64,000 nucleotides of DNA from an uncultured archaeon. GTDB taxonomy: Archaea > Asgardarchaeota > Lokiarchaeia > Sigyniarchaeales > SOKP01. Below, piece by piece: positions 1 to 10,379 of this stretch; position 1 is the stretch's first letter, and each line of letters opens with the position of its first letter. The notes under the pieces are model-generated. The model worked only from the letters and a program-made list of their open reading frames with translations. It did not search any database and was not told the DNA's origin. A program made the translations under genes and the position numbers. The DNA is taken from contig CAZALK010000003.1 in the NCBI GenBank assembly GCA_964486045.1, forward strand, positions 241,879 through 305,878, written 5' to 3'.

Positions 1-1917
1 ATAATATTTATCGATAGCTTCTTGATAAGTCTCGGTTGGTGAAGTATATCCAAAAGAGAAACTTGACCAACCTGTCAATATAAACTCGTTAGCTGCGTAC
101 ATTCCTAAATCAGTGTAGTAGGTATAATCTGTTATTGACCATGTACCTGTCGTTGAAATAAGTTGGATTAACCCAGCAGGCATCGGAGCAGTACCATAGG
201 TAGCACCATTTGCAGTTTGCATTGGAGGTGCTGGGATGCCATCACCATCAGCTTGTCCTCCCGTGGCATCTGCTTCTGATTGTTGAAAACCAGATTTGTC
301 TACAGCCTCTTCAAAGAATTGTACGAGACGATAATGAGATATTGGTTTATAGGTTGCATTAGCGAGTGCCATTATCTCACGTAAAGCCCCAATGACAGCA
401 CCGATACTTTTTGGTGTATATACATAGGTCGTAGCTCCTTCAGAACTTTTATAAACCCCATTGTTGTCATCCCATAATTGTCTTTCTAAGAAATCGAACG
501 CTAGAAGTGCAGCGTTTTTATATTTTGCATCATTAGTCACCTTATATGCTGCTAATAGACCTCGGATTGCTCCAGCTTGTGTTTCTAAGGTTCTTGCTGA
601 AGTTGAAGCTGAACCTGCTAATAAATCATAGCTGTTTTCAAAACCACCATCAGTTGGATCTTGAAGGTTGTTAATAAGAAAATCTGCTTGATCTGCTATG
701 TACGTATTTTGGCCGAGCATATTCATTGTTACACTACTCCATTCCTCTATTGCAGCAATTGCAAGTCCGGCATCGGCAGTAGATATGATATTTCCAGGAG
801 TTAAAGTCCCAGGGCTGTAAGTAGAAGTATCCACGAATGTGTTGGAAACACTGTTCCAATGACCGCTTAAGAGCGTTGACCATATTGTCATTGCTAGCCC
901 TTTCGATAAGTCCTCTGGACCTGGCATTCCAGTCTGAATCATGTTCCCTGGAAATGGCTGTTGTCCCATTCCAGTTCCATTGAAAATGTCATCCTGTGCT
1001 GGATCAGCAGACCACCCGTGGAATCTTGCGCTCATCCATAATAATGACAATTGATCCCATAGTGTACTTGAACTATCGACCACAGAATAATTTTCAGGTT
1101 TTGGCATCGGCATCATACCACCTTCAGGTACGAAAGTATTGTTGATATCATAGGTGTATCGATGTGGAAAATAATGAGTAGAGGCATCAGTCATCGGGTC
1201 AAGCCCCATGTCAAGCATACCTGAAGAAATATTCACCGCAATCATTCCTTTTAGGAGCTTCATCTTGTTAATAACTTCGGCTGTCAAAACAAAACCACGG
1301 AAACCTTGTGTATTCCAATCCATTCCATTAGTTGGTCCCAAACCTAATGCTATAGTAGCCCCTGCCTGCGTATAATTTAGCATGGGAGATGTATCAGGTG
1401 GTAATTGAGTTACAGAACCATTTGTTATATAATGGTTCCAACCAAGAAAATCTTCCGCCCATAATACATTTTTCAAGCCAGCTTGACCCAAAACAGCTGG
1501 ATAAAGATCCTTATCGGCACCTGAGAGGTCCCATCTCAAAGTCGTGAAATTTTTCGCAGAATTAATAACATCTACAGCTTGGGCATATTTTGGTGTTGCT
1601 GACGCAAATTCCGCAAAAATTACCCAAGCATTTATTGCTGGACCTCCAGCAGTCAGATTTGCGGCAGTACCGACTTTCATCATCATCATCGTCATATTTC
1701 CCATAAAAGACGGATTATATACCATGTGGAGACCCATACCGGACATCATTACCGTATTTCCGAGATAATATCTCGAATACCAGTAACTTTCATTCGCAAC
1801 GACTCCCCAGCTTTTTGTAGGCCCTGTATTTGTAGCTGCAATCGCAAAATTTGATGAGAACCCTTGGATTAAAAAAATGCTAATCAAAACTGTTAAAACT
1901 AATCTATTTCTTTTCAT
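1..1917 (-). CDS. Secreted, Met-rich large protein, truncated by the window edge; C-terminal half may be (alpha/alpha)-barrel/six-hairpin-like
   Basis: Not in ORF track. Manual translation from ATG at 1917 is open to position 1 (639 codons): MKRNRLVLTVLISIFLIQGFSSNFAIAA (signal peptide)...ANESYWYSRYYLGNTVMMSGMG...AIRGLLAAYKVTNDAKYKNAALLAFDFLERQLWD. Confidence 0.85.
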   Translation of the reverse strand, partial: MKRNRLVLTVLISIFLIQGFSSNFAIAATNTGPTKSWGVVANESYWYSRYYLGNTVMMSGMGLHMVYNPSFMGNMTMMMMKVGTAANLTAGGPAINAWVIFAEFASATPKYAQAVDVINSAKNFTTLRWDLSGADKDLYPAVLGQAGLKNVLWAEDFLGWNHYITNGSVTQLPPDTSPMLNYTQAGATIALGLGPTNGMDWNTQGFRGFVLTAEVINKMKLLKGMIAVNISSGMLDMGLDPMTDASTHYFPHRYTYDINNTFVPEGGMMPMPKPENYSVVDSSSTLWDQLSLLWMSARFHGWSADPAQDDIFNGTGMGQQPFPGNMIQTGMPGPEDLSKGLAMTIWSTLLSGHWNSVSNTFVDTSTYSPGTLTPGNIISTADAGLAIAAIEEWSSVTMNMLGQNTYIADQADFLINNLQDPTDGGFENSYDLLAGSASTSARTLETQAGAIRGLLAAYKVTNDAKYKNAALLAFDFLERQLWDDNNGVYKSSEGATTYVYTPKSIGAVIGALREIMALANATYKPISHYRLVQFFEEAVDKSGFQQSEADATGGQADGDGIPAPPMQTANGATYGTAPMPAGLIQLISTTGTWSITDYTYYTDLGMYAANEFILTGWSSFSFGYTSPTETYQEAIDKYY

Positions 1918-2223
1918 AATTTTTTATCAATTTTTAAAATTTTTTAGTGATATTATATATTATTTTAAGGTTCTATATAAACTTAGTTTTTTTAAAGTAT
2001 TATTAATTATTACTTTAAAAAACGATAATGAAAAAAAAAAAGGTATGTGATTTTTAGGTTTTTTTCATGAAATGTTAATTAAAGAAAGAAATGCAAGATT
2101 GATTTTATAAAACTTTAAAACCTTGAAAAAATTTGATCTAATATCAGATTAGGCATTTAAAGAATATAGAAAAGAAGAATTGATAATTAAAAATATAAAA
2201 ATTAATCAGTAAATCCTCAATTT

Positions 2224-3330
2224 ATGAGTTTAGGAAAAGAAATTGAAATAAGGGACGAACTAATAAGAATCTTTAATGAAGTTCAAGGAGATAAGGTTTA
2301 CGATTTCATTCTTGATGTTGTATTAAAAGTCTTAGAAAGCACTTACGGTGTATTTTGCTATCTAAACTACGATCGTAAAATCGTTTGTCTCTCCATAGAA
2401 AAAAATTCTTGGACCGAGCATCAATTACCTGAAAAGGCAATGCTTCTAACTCAAGATGATTGGTTAGATATTTGGGGACGATCTGTTCTTGAAAAAGATA
2501 CATTCGTTTCGCATGATCCATTTAATATGCCCGGAAGTAAAATTATTATTCAAAACCTGCTAGATGTCCCTATTTCGCATCGAAAGACCGTTCTAGGTCA
2601 TATTCTTATAGCAAACAAATCATCAAATTTTACTGATAAAGATACAAGTCTATTAGAAACTATTACAAATTATATTTTTCCTCTGTTAAAGTTAAGATTA
2701 AAACAGGAGAGTACTCAAAAGAAATTAATAGAATCCAAAAGAGCCTTAAAGAAATATAGGGAAAAATTTGATGAAGTCGATAAACAAATAATGTATCAAT
2801 TATATTTAGATGGGAAAAAAAGCCCGCTTCATATGGAAAATGATGTTTTTAAAGCAAATAAGAAAAAAATGAGTCATGTGGGAATAAAGAATCGAATAGC
2901 AAAATTATTGGATTCTAAGACTTTAAACATTCAAGGAAATGTAAATTTTAAAAAAATTGGGGTTAAAGCCGCTTTTATTAAGTTTGAATTTGAAAATTTT
3001 GATTTTATTGATGATTTTATTGAGAAGTATACTCATTGTCCCCGAGTATTTATGATATCAAAAATTACTGGCCAATTTCATATTATAATATGTGTAATGG
3101 GTATGAGTTTAGCAGAGATAAATGATTTTGTTAATCAGCGAATTTTAGAGGATAAAAAACAAATTAAATCTTCAAGCACGGTGTTTGCTTCAGAATTGAT
3201 AAAGCCACAATTCTTTCCTCTAAAGATAGTTGGAGATTTTTATGAAAATATATATTTAAATAAAACTTGCAAAGCATTTTCTAAAAATCTCTGTAATGGA
3301 TGCAATATTTTAAAATTTGATGGAACCTAA
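2224..3330 (+). CDS. GAF domain + Lrp/AsnC-family transcriptional regulator with C-terminal Cys cluster
   Basis: GAF motif (DVPI...LGHILIANK...FTDKD..LL); coiled coil; AsnC-type HTH (FDEVDKQIMYQL..DG...RIAKL); RAM-like domain (HCPRV...ITGQFHII); terminal C-x7-C-x2-C. Confidence 0.8.
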   Translation: MSLGKEIEIRDELIRIFNEVQGDKVYDFILDVVLKVLESTYGVFCYLNYDRKIVCLSIEKNSWTEHQLPEKAMLLTQDDWLDIWGRSVLEKDTFVSHDPFNMPGSKIIIQNLLDVPISHRKTVLGHILIANKSSNFTDKDTSLLETITNYIFPLLKLRLKQESTQKKLIESKRALKKYREKFDEVDKQIMYQLYLDGKKSPLHMENDVFKANKKKMSHVGIKNRIAKLLDSKTLNIQGNVNFKKIGVKAAFIKFEFENFDFIDDFIEKYTHCPRVFMISKITGQFHIIICVMGMSLAEINDFVNQRILEDKKQIKSSSTVFASELIKPQFFPLKIVGDFYENIYLNKTCKAFSKNLCNGCNILKFDGT

Positions 3331-3404
3331 AAAAAGTGGAATGACAATTTCTAAAAAAAATGATAATATATGGATTATTTAAACCACCGCAGAATTTTGT
3401 TATA

Positions 3405-4013
3405 CTATAACAGGCCATCAATTTCAGTTGTAACTTTGCTATAAAAGTTATCGGTTCCAACAATTTTTTTAATAAAATTACCGTTTTTGTCCATAACTAT
3501 TGTTGTAGGAGTATAGGAAACGCTCCATGGACTACGACTACTAATTGAATGCGAAATATCATCTCGTACAATATCCCAATTAGCATTAAGTGTATTCCTC
3601 CAATTATATAAACCACCATTAGAATCCGCGGGATCGATAGTTATAGTTAGGATGTAGAGTTGAGTGTTTGAATAATCATCTTCGATAACTGCCAAATAAG
3701 GATCCGCGACTTTACAGTAAGGACAATTAAGATAAAAGAAATAAAGAAGAACTACTTTTCCTTGATGAGATGATAATTTAATTGTACTTCCATCAATATC
3801 TTGAAAAGTTATACCAGAGGGATTTAATTCCTCCTCAATATTTCTACCAGAATAATCGATTGCAATTCCAATAACAAGTGCGATAGAAATTACTCCAATA
3901 ATGATAAATAAAGGTGTAAATTTCTTAGATAACGCTTTTCCTTCTTTTTTTCGGATTCTACTTTCGTATCTTTTTTTTGCATCTCTTGCTTCCTTAGGGT
4001 TATACTTTGGCAT
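3405..4013 (-). CDS. Membrane-anchored TlpA/ResA-like thiol-disulfide oxidoreductase
   Basis: N-terminal TM helix, GKVVLLYFF-x3-CPYC, YTPTTIVMDKNG. Confidence 0.85.
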   Translation of the reverse strand: MPKYNPKEARDAKKRYESRIRKKEGKALSKKFTPLFIIIGVISIALVIGIAIDYSGRNIEEELNPSGITFQDIDGSTIKLSSHQGKVVLLYFFYLNCPYCKVADPYLAVIEDDYSNTQLYILTITIDPADSNGGLYNWRNTLNANWDIVRDDISHSISSRSPWSVSYTPTTIVMDKNGNFIKKIVGTDNFYSKVTTEIDGLL

Positions 4014-4495
4014 CCTTTATCAATTTTTATTTTATGGTTAATTTTGAACTTTTTTTTTAATTAGACTTAATAACTAAAAAGACAATTTTGTAAATCGTAT
4101 TTAAATGTAATGTTTATACTCCATAATTTCACTCTTGCAGTGTGCGCAAGCAATATTTTCAGCTCAAATGGTTGGAAAACAACTGTTTATAATAATTGCT
4201 CTGTACGCAGTTTTAATGATGATAACCTATATTCACTCTTTGATATTGACTTTCCTCATGACTTAACTTTTCATTAAAGGTTTTATCTAATCTATTCTAA
4301 AATCATTGAAAAATTTCTTGGATATATTTTATTTTTGAGTTATATATAGAAATATATATTCTTTTAATTTTATAAGATAAGGTAATAATTTCAAGTGAAA
4401 AACGCTAAAGTAATCAAAACTTTTAAATATATAGTTTTATATATAATAATTGGAGATTGTTAATAAATCTTAATGGGGTGATAAAGCACAAGAAA

Positions 4496-4600
4496 ATGAA
4501 CGCTAAAATGATGTATGAGATTATTATGGCAGCAATTGGGCTATCTTCACTTGCCATGCTTGGCTATGTCTTGTTGCTACTTCTCGGGATCTTTCTGTAA
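4496..4600 (+). CDS. 34-aa single-TM micro-protein
   Basis: ATG 4496 to TAA 4600, MNAKMMYEIIMAAIGLSSLAMLGYVLLLLLGIFL; higher GC than flanks; GGGGTGA and TATA-like sequence upstream; in-frame GTG at 4478 is an alternative start. Confidence 0.55.
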   Translation: MNAKMMYEIIMAAIGLSSLAMLGYVLLLLLGIFL

Positions 4601-5032
4601 AAATTTAGTTCTGTAAAACTTAATCTATCCTCATAGATAGCTACTGAATTTCTTAATAACCAAAAAAATAGATCTTCAGTTTGAAAAATAATGATCTTTC
4701 TAAAATCAAAATCCTTTTCAATATCAAAATTAAGGAAGGACTAAGGGAACTAGGTTTAATAAAATGATTTCCCCTTTTTCTTCTCCCATCTAATATTAAT
4801 TCTAAGTGCATTAGGTAGTGAACTTATCTTTTTAGCTAATGAGTAGAATGAAATTAAAAAAATTAAAAAGCCTAAGATAAGATCTGATGTGGTTAAATAT
4901 ATCAATAAATCTCCACAAGGAATTAAAGTTGACTCATTCATACAAAGAAATTATCTAATGATAAATAATTAAATTAATTTACAAAAATGAGAGTTGAAAT
5001 TGATTATTAACTTTTACAGCTTCCCTTTTATA

Positions 5033-5770
5033 TCATTTTGGGATTATTCTTGGCTTTATTAAAGCCGTAAGTGAAAGAGGGATTACCCAGATCAGGATTG
5101 AGAAAAGTAACATCCACTCTAATAATGGAGTACTGTCTATTAGATTCAAAATAGAAACAATTAATGGTCCAAATATTCCATAGACCCCTAGAATTTTGGG
5201 AATTTTAGTATCATATAAAACAATTAACCAGCCCATAAAGAAAGCACCAAAAGTAAATCCACCAAAAGCTAGATACGACATAATACCATGAGGTCCCTGG
5301 CCTAAAATGGACAAGACTTCATAGTCACGGTCTGCAGAAAAGATACCTACTCCAATATACCCTATATTTCCGATTATACTGAATAAAAAGGCAAAACTAC
5401 TTAATCGAAAACGCAATCGAGAATGGTGCCGATCTCTCAAATCTGTTTCTTTAGGTAATGGAGCAAGTGTTTTTTCCATGTAGAAAGTAAGCGGAATAGT
5501 CATAGATCCAGCAATTATACATGCAATATCATATAAAATTGGGGCAGGAGTGTGATTGAATGATCCAAGATCAGAAATCCAGTTATCCCAAATAGTATAT
5601 CCATCTGGATCGAAAATCGCAGCTATGAGAACTCCTATTATAAGCAGTGATATATAGCCTACCATAACAACCATGGCGCAGCGTTTCACTAAAGTGGGAT
5701 TAGTAACAACATTGTAGAATCTTGCCCTACCTTTATTAATTGATTGCCGAATTGTCATAACGTATTTCAT
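5033..5770 (-). CDS. DUF998-like multi-pass membrane protein
   Basis: GYTIWDNWISDLG motif, GVGIFS, conserved His, about 6 TM helices. Confidence 0.7.
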   Translation of the reverse strand: MKYVMTIRQSINKGRARFYNVVTNPTLVKRCAMVVMVGYISLLIIGVLIAAIFDPDGYTIWDNWISDLGSFNHTPAPILYDIACIIAGSMTIPLTFYMEKTLAPLPKETDLRDRHHSRLRFRLSSFAFLFSIIGNIGYIGVGIFSADRDYEVLSILGQGPHGIMSYLAFGGFTFGAFFMGWLIVLYDTKIPKILGVYGIFGPLIVSILNLIDSTPLLEWMLLFSILIWVIPLSLTALIKPRIIPK

Positions 5771-6057
5771 AATGTATATAACTTAAATAGAATGTAAAAA
5801 TGTCCTTGCCTTTATAGTAGTAAAATCCTAATTAATGGTAAAAGCATAGAATTAAAACTAAAGAAAAAATGCATTTATTGTAGTTTGATTCAGGTTTTAT
5901 AATCGAATACCACTTAGAAGCACAAATTTCTAACGGATCCAGTAGTAATAAACTGTGGTTATGTCATATTTGGTAAATATTTTTATAGGTCATGATCTAT
6001 TTTGATAATAGTTGAAGCTAAAAATAAAATCTCTCAAAAATACTGTAGGCTTATTGA

Positions 6058-7656
6058 ATGACAAAACCAAAGATTCTCCCAAGTGAAATATACCAGAGAA
6101 TAGAAGAATTTGGATTAAAAACTTCAGTAGGTATGCTAACAGATATAATTGAATTAGATAGAGACGATAAAAGAAGGATAGAATCACTCAAATATTTAGC
6201 ATTAATGAGCCATAACTCGCCATCAATCGAGACCGAGTGCTATGACATATTTGAAAGTATATTAGTGTCTGAAGAAAAGGTTGGAATAAGATGCGAAGCC
6301 GCGAAAGCTTTAGGAACAATAAAACATGAAAAAGGATTAGACCCATTAAAATGGGTATTAGAACAAAACCAAATTAACAATCAAACGAAATTGTCTGTTT
6401 TAAATGCAATTAGAAAAATCAGGTTTCAAGAACCAGAAGCTCAACTCTTTATTAATGAATTAGATAGCAATTTTGGGTCAATAAAGGAATATGTTTCAAT
6501 TCAGTTATTAAGCTTAAATCCTGAAATATTAATACCTGTGCTATTAGATTCGTTAAAAAACAAAGATTATTCAAATCAACACAAAATCGAATTAGTAAAA
6601 TTACTTGGGTTAAAATTAACAAGTATCAATATATCTTCTGATAACGTCAGCGATATAATAGGTGATAATCATCAGATTTTAACTAATCTAATTCAAAACA
6701 AAATAAATTTACTTGACATAATTACATTGATATTAAGAGAAGAAGATAAGGAATTAATGAATTCTGCTATTACAATTTTAAAAATATTGGAAGAAGAAAT
6801 TGAAACTAATTTAATAGAACTGGCATTAATCGATGATTTTAGGGTAAAGAAGAACGCTATTGTTTTAATTGGTAAATTAAAACTTAAGAATGCTGTCGAT
6901 TTACTCATTACTAATTTAGATAATATCTATAATGAGGTTATTATTGCTTCAATTGAAAGTTTAAGCGAAATTGGAGATATATCAGCTGTACCTGAACTGT
7001 TAAATATTTTAGATATTGAAGATGCAAGTTTTGAATTCTTAGATTTTAGTTTTTTTTCATATATTTTAGACGCAGTGAAGAAAATTTATTTAAATAATAA
7101 AAATACTCCCTATGATTATTTGTATGCGTCTTTAGCTAAAGATAATAACGTTCTTAAAGAGAGCATAGCCTATATTTTCGGGGAACTAGGGGAAGACGAG
7201 TTTATCGGTCCATTAACAGATTTATTGAGCGTTCCAAACTTAGATGTGAAAAAAAATGCAATCATCGCATTAGGAAAAATAGGAAATGTCACTCCGTTAG
7301 AGCATTTGATTAATGTATTAACTGATGATAATTCTTATTGGTTGATAAAAAAGGTAACAGTTGATGCAATCTATACCATATTTCAGAATAATTGGTATAG
7401 AGTACAAGACGATGTGAAGGATATCCGAAGAATTTTAAATAAAAATATTGCTGAGTTAGTTGACTATTTAGGAAATTCAGGAGAAGAAAACTTTAAAGTT
7501 AAATTAAGTTTAATTAGGCTATTGGAAACTTATGGAGATGACCATTCATTAAGTGCCTTACTTAAAAGGGTTAACGATTTCCATAGAATTGTCAGGATTC
7601 GTGCTTCTGATGCTATTAAAAGGATCCAAGAAAGACTTGAATTAGAAAATAATTAA
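6058..7656 (+). CDS. HEAT/PBS-lyase repeat protein
   Basis: Repeated VR/KxxAxxALGxIG helices (IRCEAAKALG, VKKNAIIALGKIG). Confidence 0.85.
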   Translation: MTKPKILPSEIYQRIEEFGLKTSVGMLTDIIELDRDDKRRIESLKYLALMSHNSPSIETECYDIFESILVSEEKVGIRCEAAKALGTIKHEKGLDPLKWVLEQNQINNQTKLSVLNAIRKIRFQEPEAQLFINELDSNFGSIKEYVSIQLLSLNPEILIPVLLDSLKNKDYSNQHKIELVKLLGLKLTSINISSDNVSDIIGDNHQILTNLIQNKINLLDIITLILREEDKELMNSAITILKILEEEIETNLIELALIDDFRVKKNAIVLIGKLKLKNAVDLLITNLDNIYNEVIIASIESLSEIGDISAVPELLNILDIEDASFEFLDFSFFSYILDAVKKIYLNNKNTPYDYLYASLAKDNNVLKESIAYIFGELGEDEFIGPLTDLLSVPNLDVKKNAIIALGKIGNVTPLEHLINVLTDDNSYWLIKKVTVDAIYTIFQNNWYRVQDDVKDIRRILNKNIAELVDYLGNSGEENFKVKLSLIRLLETYGDDHSLSALLKRVNDFHRIVRIRASDAIKRIQERLELENN

Positions 7657-7793
7657 TCTAATTTTTTCTAGAAATGTGCTCTCAATTGTTCTAATCTCAA
7701 AAGTGAATTTAACCATAATTTTCTTATGCTCTATTTTATGTTAATTTCGGATTTTGAGATGCAAATCTGGGTTTAGATTATTTCTGGTCCACA

Positions 7794-7860
7794 TTTTCTG
7801 TAGAAATATATTTGTGTGGTATTGTAAAAATTTGTACGGAAAGCTTAAATATTCTGGAGT
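7794..7860 (+). repeat. Promoter-like direct repeat, copy 1 (copy 2 at 9170-9237)
   Basis: TTTTCTGTAGAAATATATTTGTGTGGTATTGTAAAAAT...AAAGCTTAAATATTCTGGA, roughly 80% identical to 9170-9237. Confidence 0.8.
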
Positions 7861-7898
7861 AATTAAAATGCTTACTTGCACTCATTTAAAAACTAGAG

Positions 7899-8948
7899 TT
7901 GAACATGTTTATTCCCAATCACAAGTTCGGTCAAATAACCGTTGCGAAAGTAAACAACTCCGATGAATTAAAGCAGATATTGACTGATCCTTGGCTCGAA
8001 TCCGAGACCATCATTATCAAACCGAACTGGGGGTCAAATCAACCAGCCCAATTCAACGATTCCAAGACTATAAGAATGATTTTAGAGACCTTTGACTCCC
8101 ATATCGTGGTCACGGAGTCACACGTACATTCCTTTAGTCCTCCTAAGGAGGGAGGGAGTATCACCATCGGAGATAAAGAAGTCAACTGGGAATGGGTCCT
8201 AAAGGGTGAGGGATGGAACTGGCTCATCGAAAACCCAGACTGGGATTGGCTCAAGAAAGACGAGTACTGGAATCAGCTCAAAAAGGCGGAAAAAGCCTTC
8301 CTTGACGAATTTGGTTTCACCGATCTCTTTAAAGAGTTCGGTGTCAGCTACATCAATGTGACTGATGAGTTCTGGAATGAAAGGATAGCCGATCCAACAG
8401 AAGTTAAGAGTTTAGTAGAAGCACGCTTCAAACCGGTCAAAATAGATAAGCTTTATAGTATGGTCCCGAAGAAACTTTACGATCTGCGTGGATCGACATT
8501 TATCAGCTTAGCTAAGCTGAAACATTATGCCTCTTTTACTATAAAGAACATTTTTGGAATGATACCTGATCCGATAAGACCTTGGTGGCATGGACCAAAA
8601 AATAGTAGGATTGTTACAAGCATTATCGATATCAACAAAATTTACCATTCTTTATTCAATGTTTATGGGATATGTGACGCTTTGAACGCTACTGCTTTCC
8701 CTCACCCCGAAGGCAAGTTTGAATTTATTGGTAAGTATAACATTATAAAGGCCTTTGGGGTTGTGGCCTTTGGTAGACATCTTGTATCTCTTGACGCTAT
8801 CCTCCTTAACCTCACTGATCAATGGATTACGGTGGTACCAAAGTTAAATAAAGTACCAATTGACATCGCCCAAAAGGAGTTCGGACCCTATGATAAGGAA
8901 TTCCTCAAAGAATCAAAATTGAAGGTGGGGGACTGGTTATCGCCCTAG
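7899..8948 (+). CDS. DUF362-family protein
   Basis: IIIKPN, ISLAKLK, FTIKNIFGMIP, VSLDAI motifs; visibly higher GC than neighbours. Confidence 0.75.
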   Translation: MNMFIPNHKFGQITVAKVNNSDELKQILTDPWLESETIIIKPNWGSNQPAQFNDSKTIRMILETFDSHIVVTESHVHSFSPPKEGGSITIGDKEVNWEWVLKGEGWNWLIENPDWDWLKKDEYWNQLKKAEKAFLDEFGFTDLFKEFGVSYINVTDEFWNERIADPTEVKSLVEARFKPVKIDKLYSMVPKKLYDLRGSTFISLAKLKHYASFTIKNIFGMIPDPIRPWWHGPKNSRIVTSIIDINKIYHSLFNVYGICDALNATAFPHPEGKFEFIGKYNIIKAFGVVAFGRHLVSLDAILLNLTDQWITVVPKLNKVPIDIAQKEFGPYDKEFLKESKLKVGDWLSP

Positions 8949-9169
8949 CTATACTGACGAAATCTAATTGTATTTTTATTTTTATGAAGAATTTAATTGT
9001 CTAATATTGTTGCCTCTTAAAACTTAGAGAAGATCCTCATCTAAATCTTTATTAAATTTCATAAAATGTTTGAGTTATAGTTATGATGCAAATGCGAACA
9101 TCCAGAAGTGATTAGTGGTCAGGATGTCTGTGCTAAAAAGAATTTGAGTGAGGAAGATAGTTTATTAAC

Positions 9170-9237
9170 TTTTCAGTAGAAATATATTAGTGTGGTATCG
9201 TAAAAATCTAAATAAAAAACTTAAATATTTTGGAAGT
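9170..9237 (+). repeat. Promoter-like direct repeat, copy 2 (no downstream gene)
   Basis: TTTTCAGTAGAAATATATTAGTGTGGTATCGTAAAAAT...AAAACTTAAATATTTTGGA. Confidence 0.8.
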
Positions 9238-9325
9238 GTATGACAGTATAATCTAGTCTTCCCCCTGATTTTCGATATTATCTTTTTCAATAGACGCATC
9301 AAAAATATCGAAGATTTTGATTTAT

Positions 9326-10018
9326 CTATATATCTTGCATCCATACTCTAAAGTTTGAAAACTTAATACTAAATTCTTTAAACTTATTTACAACCAGTAA
9401 TAATCCTTTTTCAGGTATAATAAATGAACCCCGTCCTAATTTCATTCCCTGCAATTTTTTTACTATCCCTTCTTTTTTATATTTGTATAATTTCTCTGAA
9501 TATTTCTTAGTAGTTTTATATCCATATAGTATTCTTTTTAGTTTCATTTTATCCGAACTATTAAGTGCTCTTAGATTTAAAGTTATGATTTGATATGGCT
9601 TAAATTCAAGAGTTTTTATTAAAATTTCATAATAATTAGAATTCCCATAAAGCAATTGTCCTTCTGCCAAGATATTTTCAATAAAAATTCTATCCCAGTT
9701 ATTTATATCCTCCGGTAAAAAGAACACACATTGGATGGAGAGGTTTAAATCTTTTCCTAGGCTTAAAAAATAGTTAAAAATAGTATTTTGCAACATTTTA
9801 GGAGTATTTTGCTTAAATAAAATACAGATGTCAATATCACTCTCCTTATTAAATTTTCCTGAAGCCAAAGAGCCAAATAATACAATACTTTCAATCTCTT
9901 TAAATTCGGAGAGTTTGCTGCCTATAAAATTTTTGATTTTATTTATAAGCTTCTCCAATTTTGGATTTTTTCCATAATCTTCAATCTGGTTTTTTTCAAA
10001 TTTTATATTAAGAGCCAA
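9326..10018 (-). CDS. Minimal nucleotidyltransferase (MNT antitoxin-like) with extra C-terminal domain
   Basis: IVLFGSLASGKFNKESDIDI (GS-x10-DxD), ILAEGQLLY, then about 95 extra aa. Confidence 0.85.
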   Translation of the reverse strand: MALNIKFEKNQIEDYGKNPKLEKLINKIKNFIGSKLSEFKEIESIVLFGSLASGKFNKESDIDICILFKQNTPKMLQNTIFNYFLSLGKDLNLSIQCVFFLPEDINNWDRIFIENILAEGQLLYGNSNYYEILIKTLEFKPYQIITLNLRALNSSDKMKLKRILYGYKTTKKYSEKLYKYKKEGIVKKLQGMKLGRGSFIIPEKGLLLVVNKFKEFSIKFSNFRVWMQDI

Positions 10019-10019
10019 C

Positions 10020-10379
10020 TTATAACACCTTTTTACATATCTCTTCTAATTTGTAATATTTCTCCTTTAATTCATTAAAATCATCATCTGTCCAACTAAA
10101 TCCATAAGTAAATTTTGGACGAATTTTATTTTCAATATCTTGAAATAATCGCCATACATTTTCTGTTTCCTTTTCAAAGATATTAGGATTATTTTCTAAA
10201 ACGATCCTTACTTTTTGATGTTTGTTAACATGTATTCGATATTTCGCAGCGCAGCATTCAATTAAATGAAATATCGAAAGAAAATATAATTCTGCTCTAG
10301 AAGGCTTTGAATTAACCTCATTTTCAGCATCTTTTTTAAAATTCAAATATGATTTTTTATGATTTTCAAATTTACTCAT
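10020..10379 (-). CDS. HEPN-like protein, partner of the MNT
   Basis: Helical 119 aa from ATG 10379 (track starts at 10478); ELYFLSIFHLIE, KHQKV, R-x4-YG; abuts the MNT gene. Confidence 0.65.
   Translation of the reverse strand: MSKFENHKKSYLNFKKDAENEVNSKPSRAELYFLSIFHLIECCAAKYRIHVNKHQKVRIVLENNPNIFEKETENVWRLFQDIENKIRPKFTYGFSWTDDDFNELKEKYYKLEEICKKVL

Noticed and set aside
1544-1768. Track ORF of 74 aa on +
   Set aside because: Antisense shadow of the long minus-strand gene 1-1917
4756-4941. 61-aa minus-strand ORF
   Set aside because: No motif or clear start signals; expected by chance in AT-rich DNA
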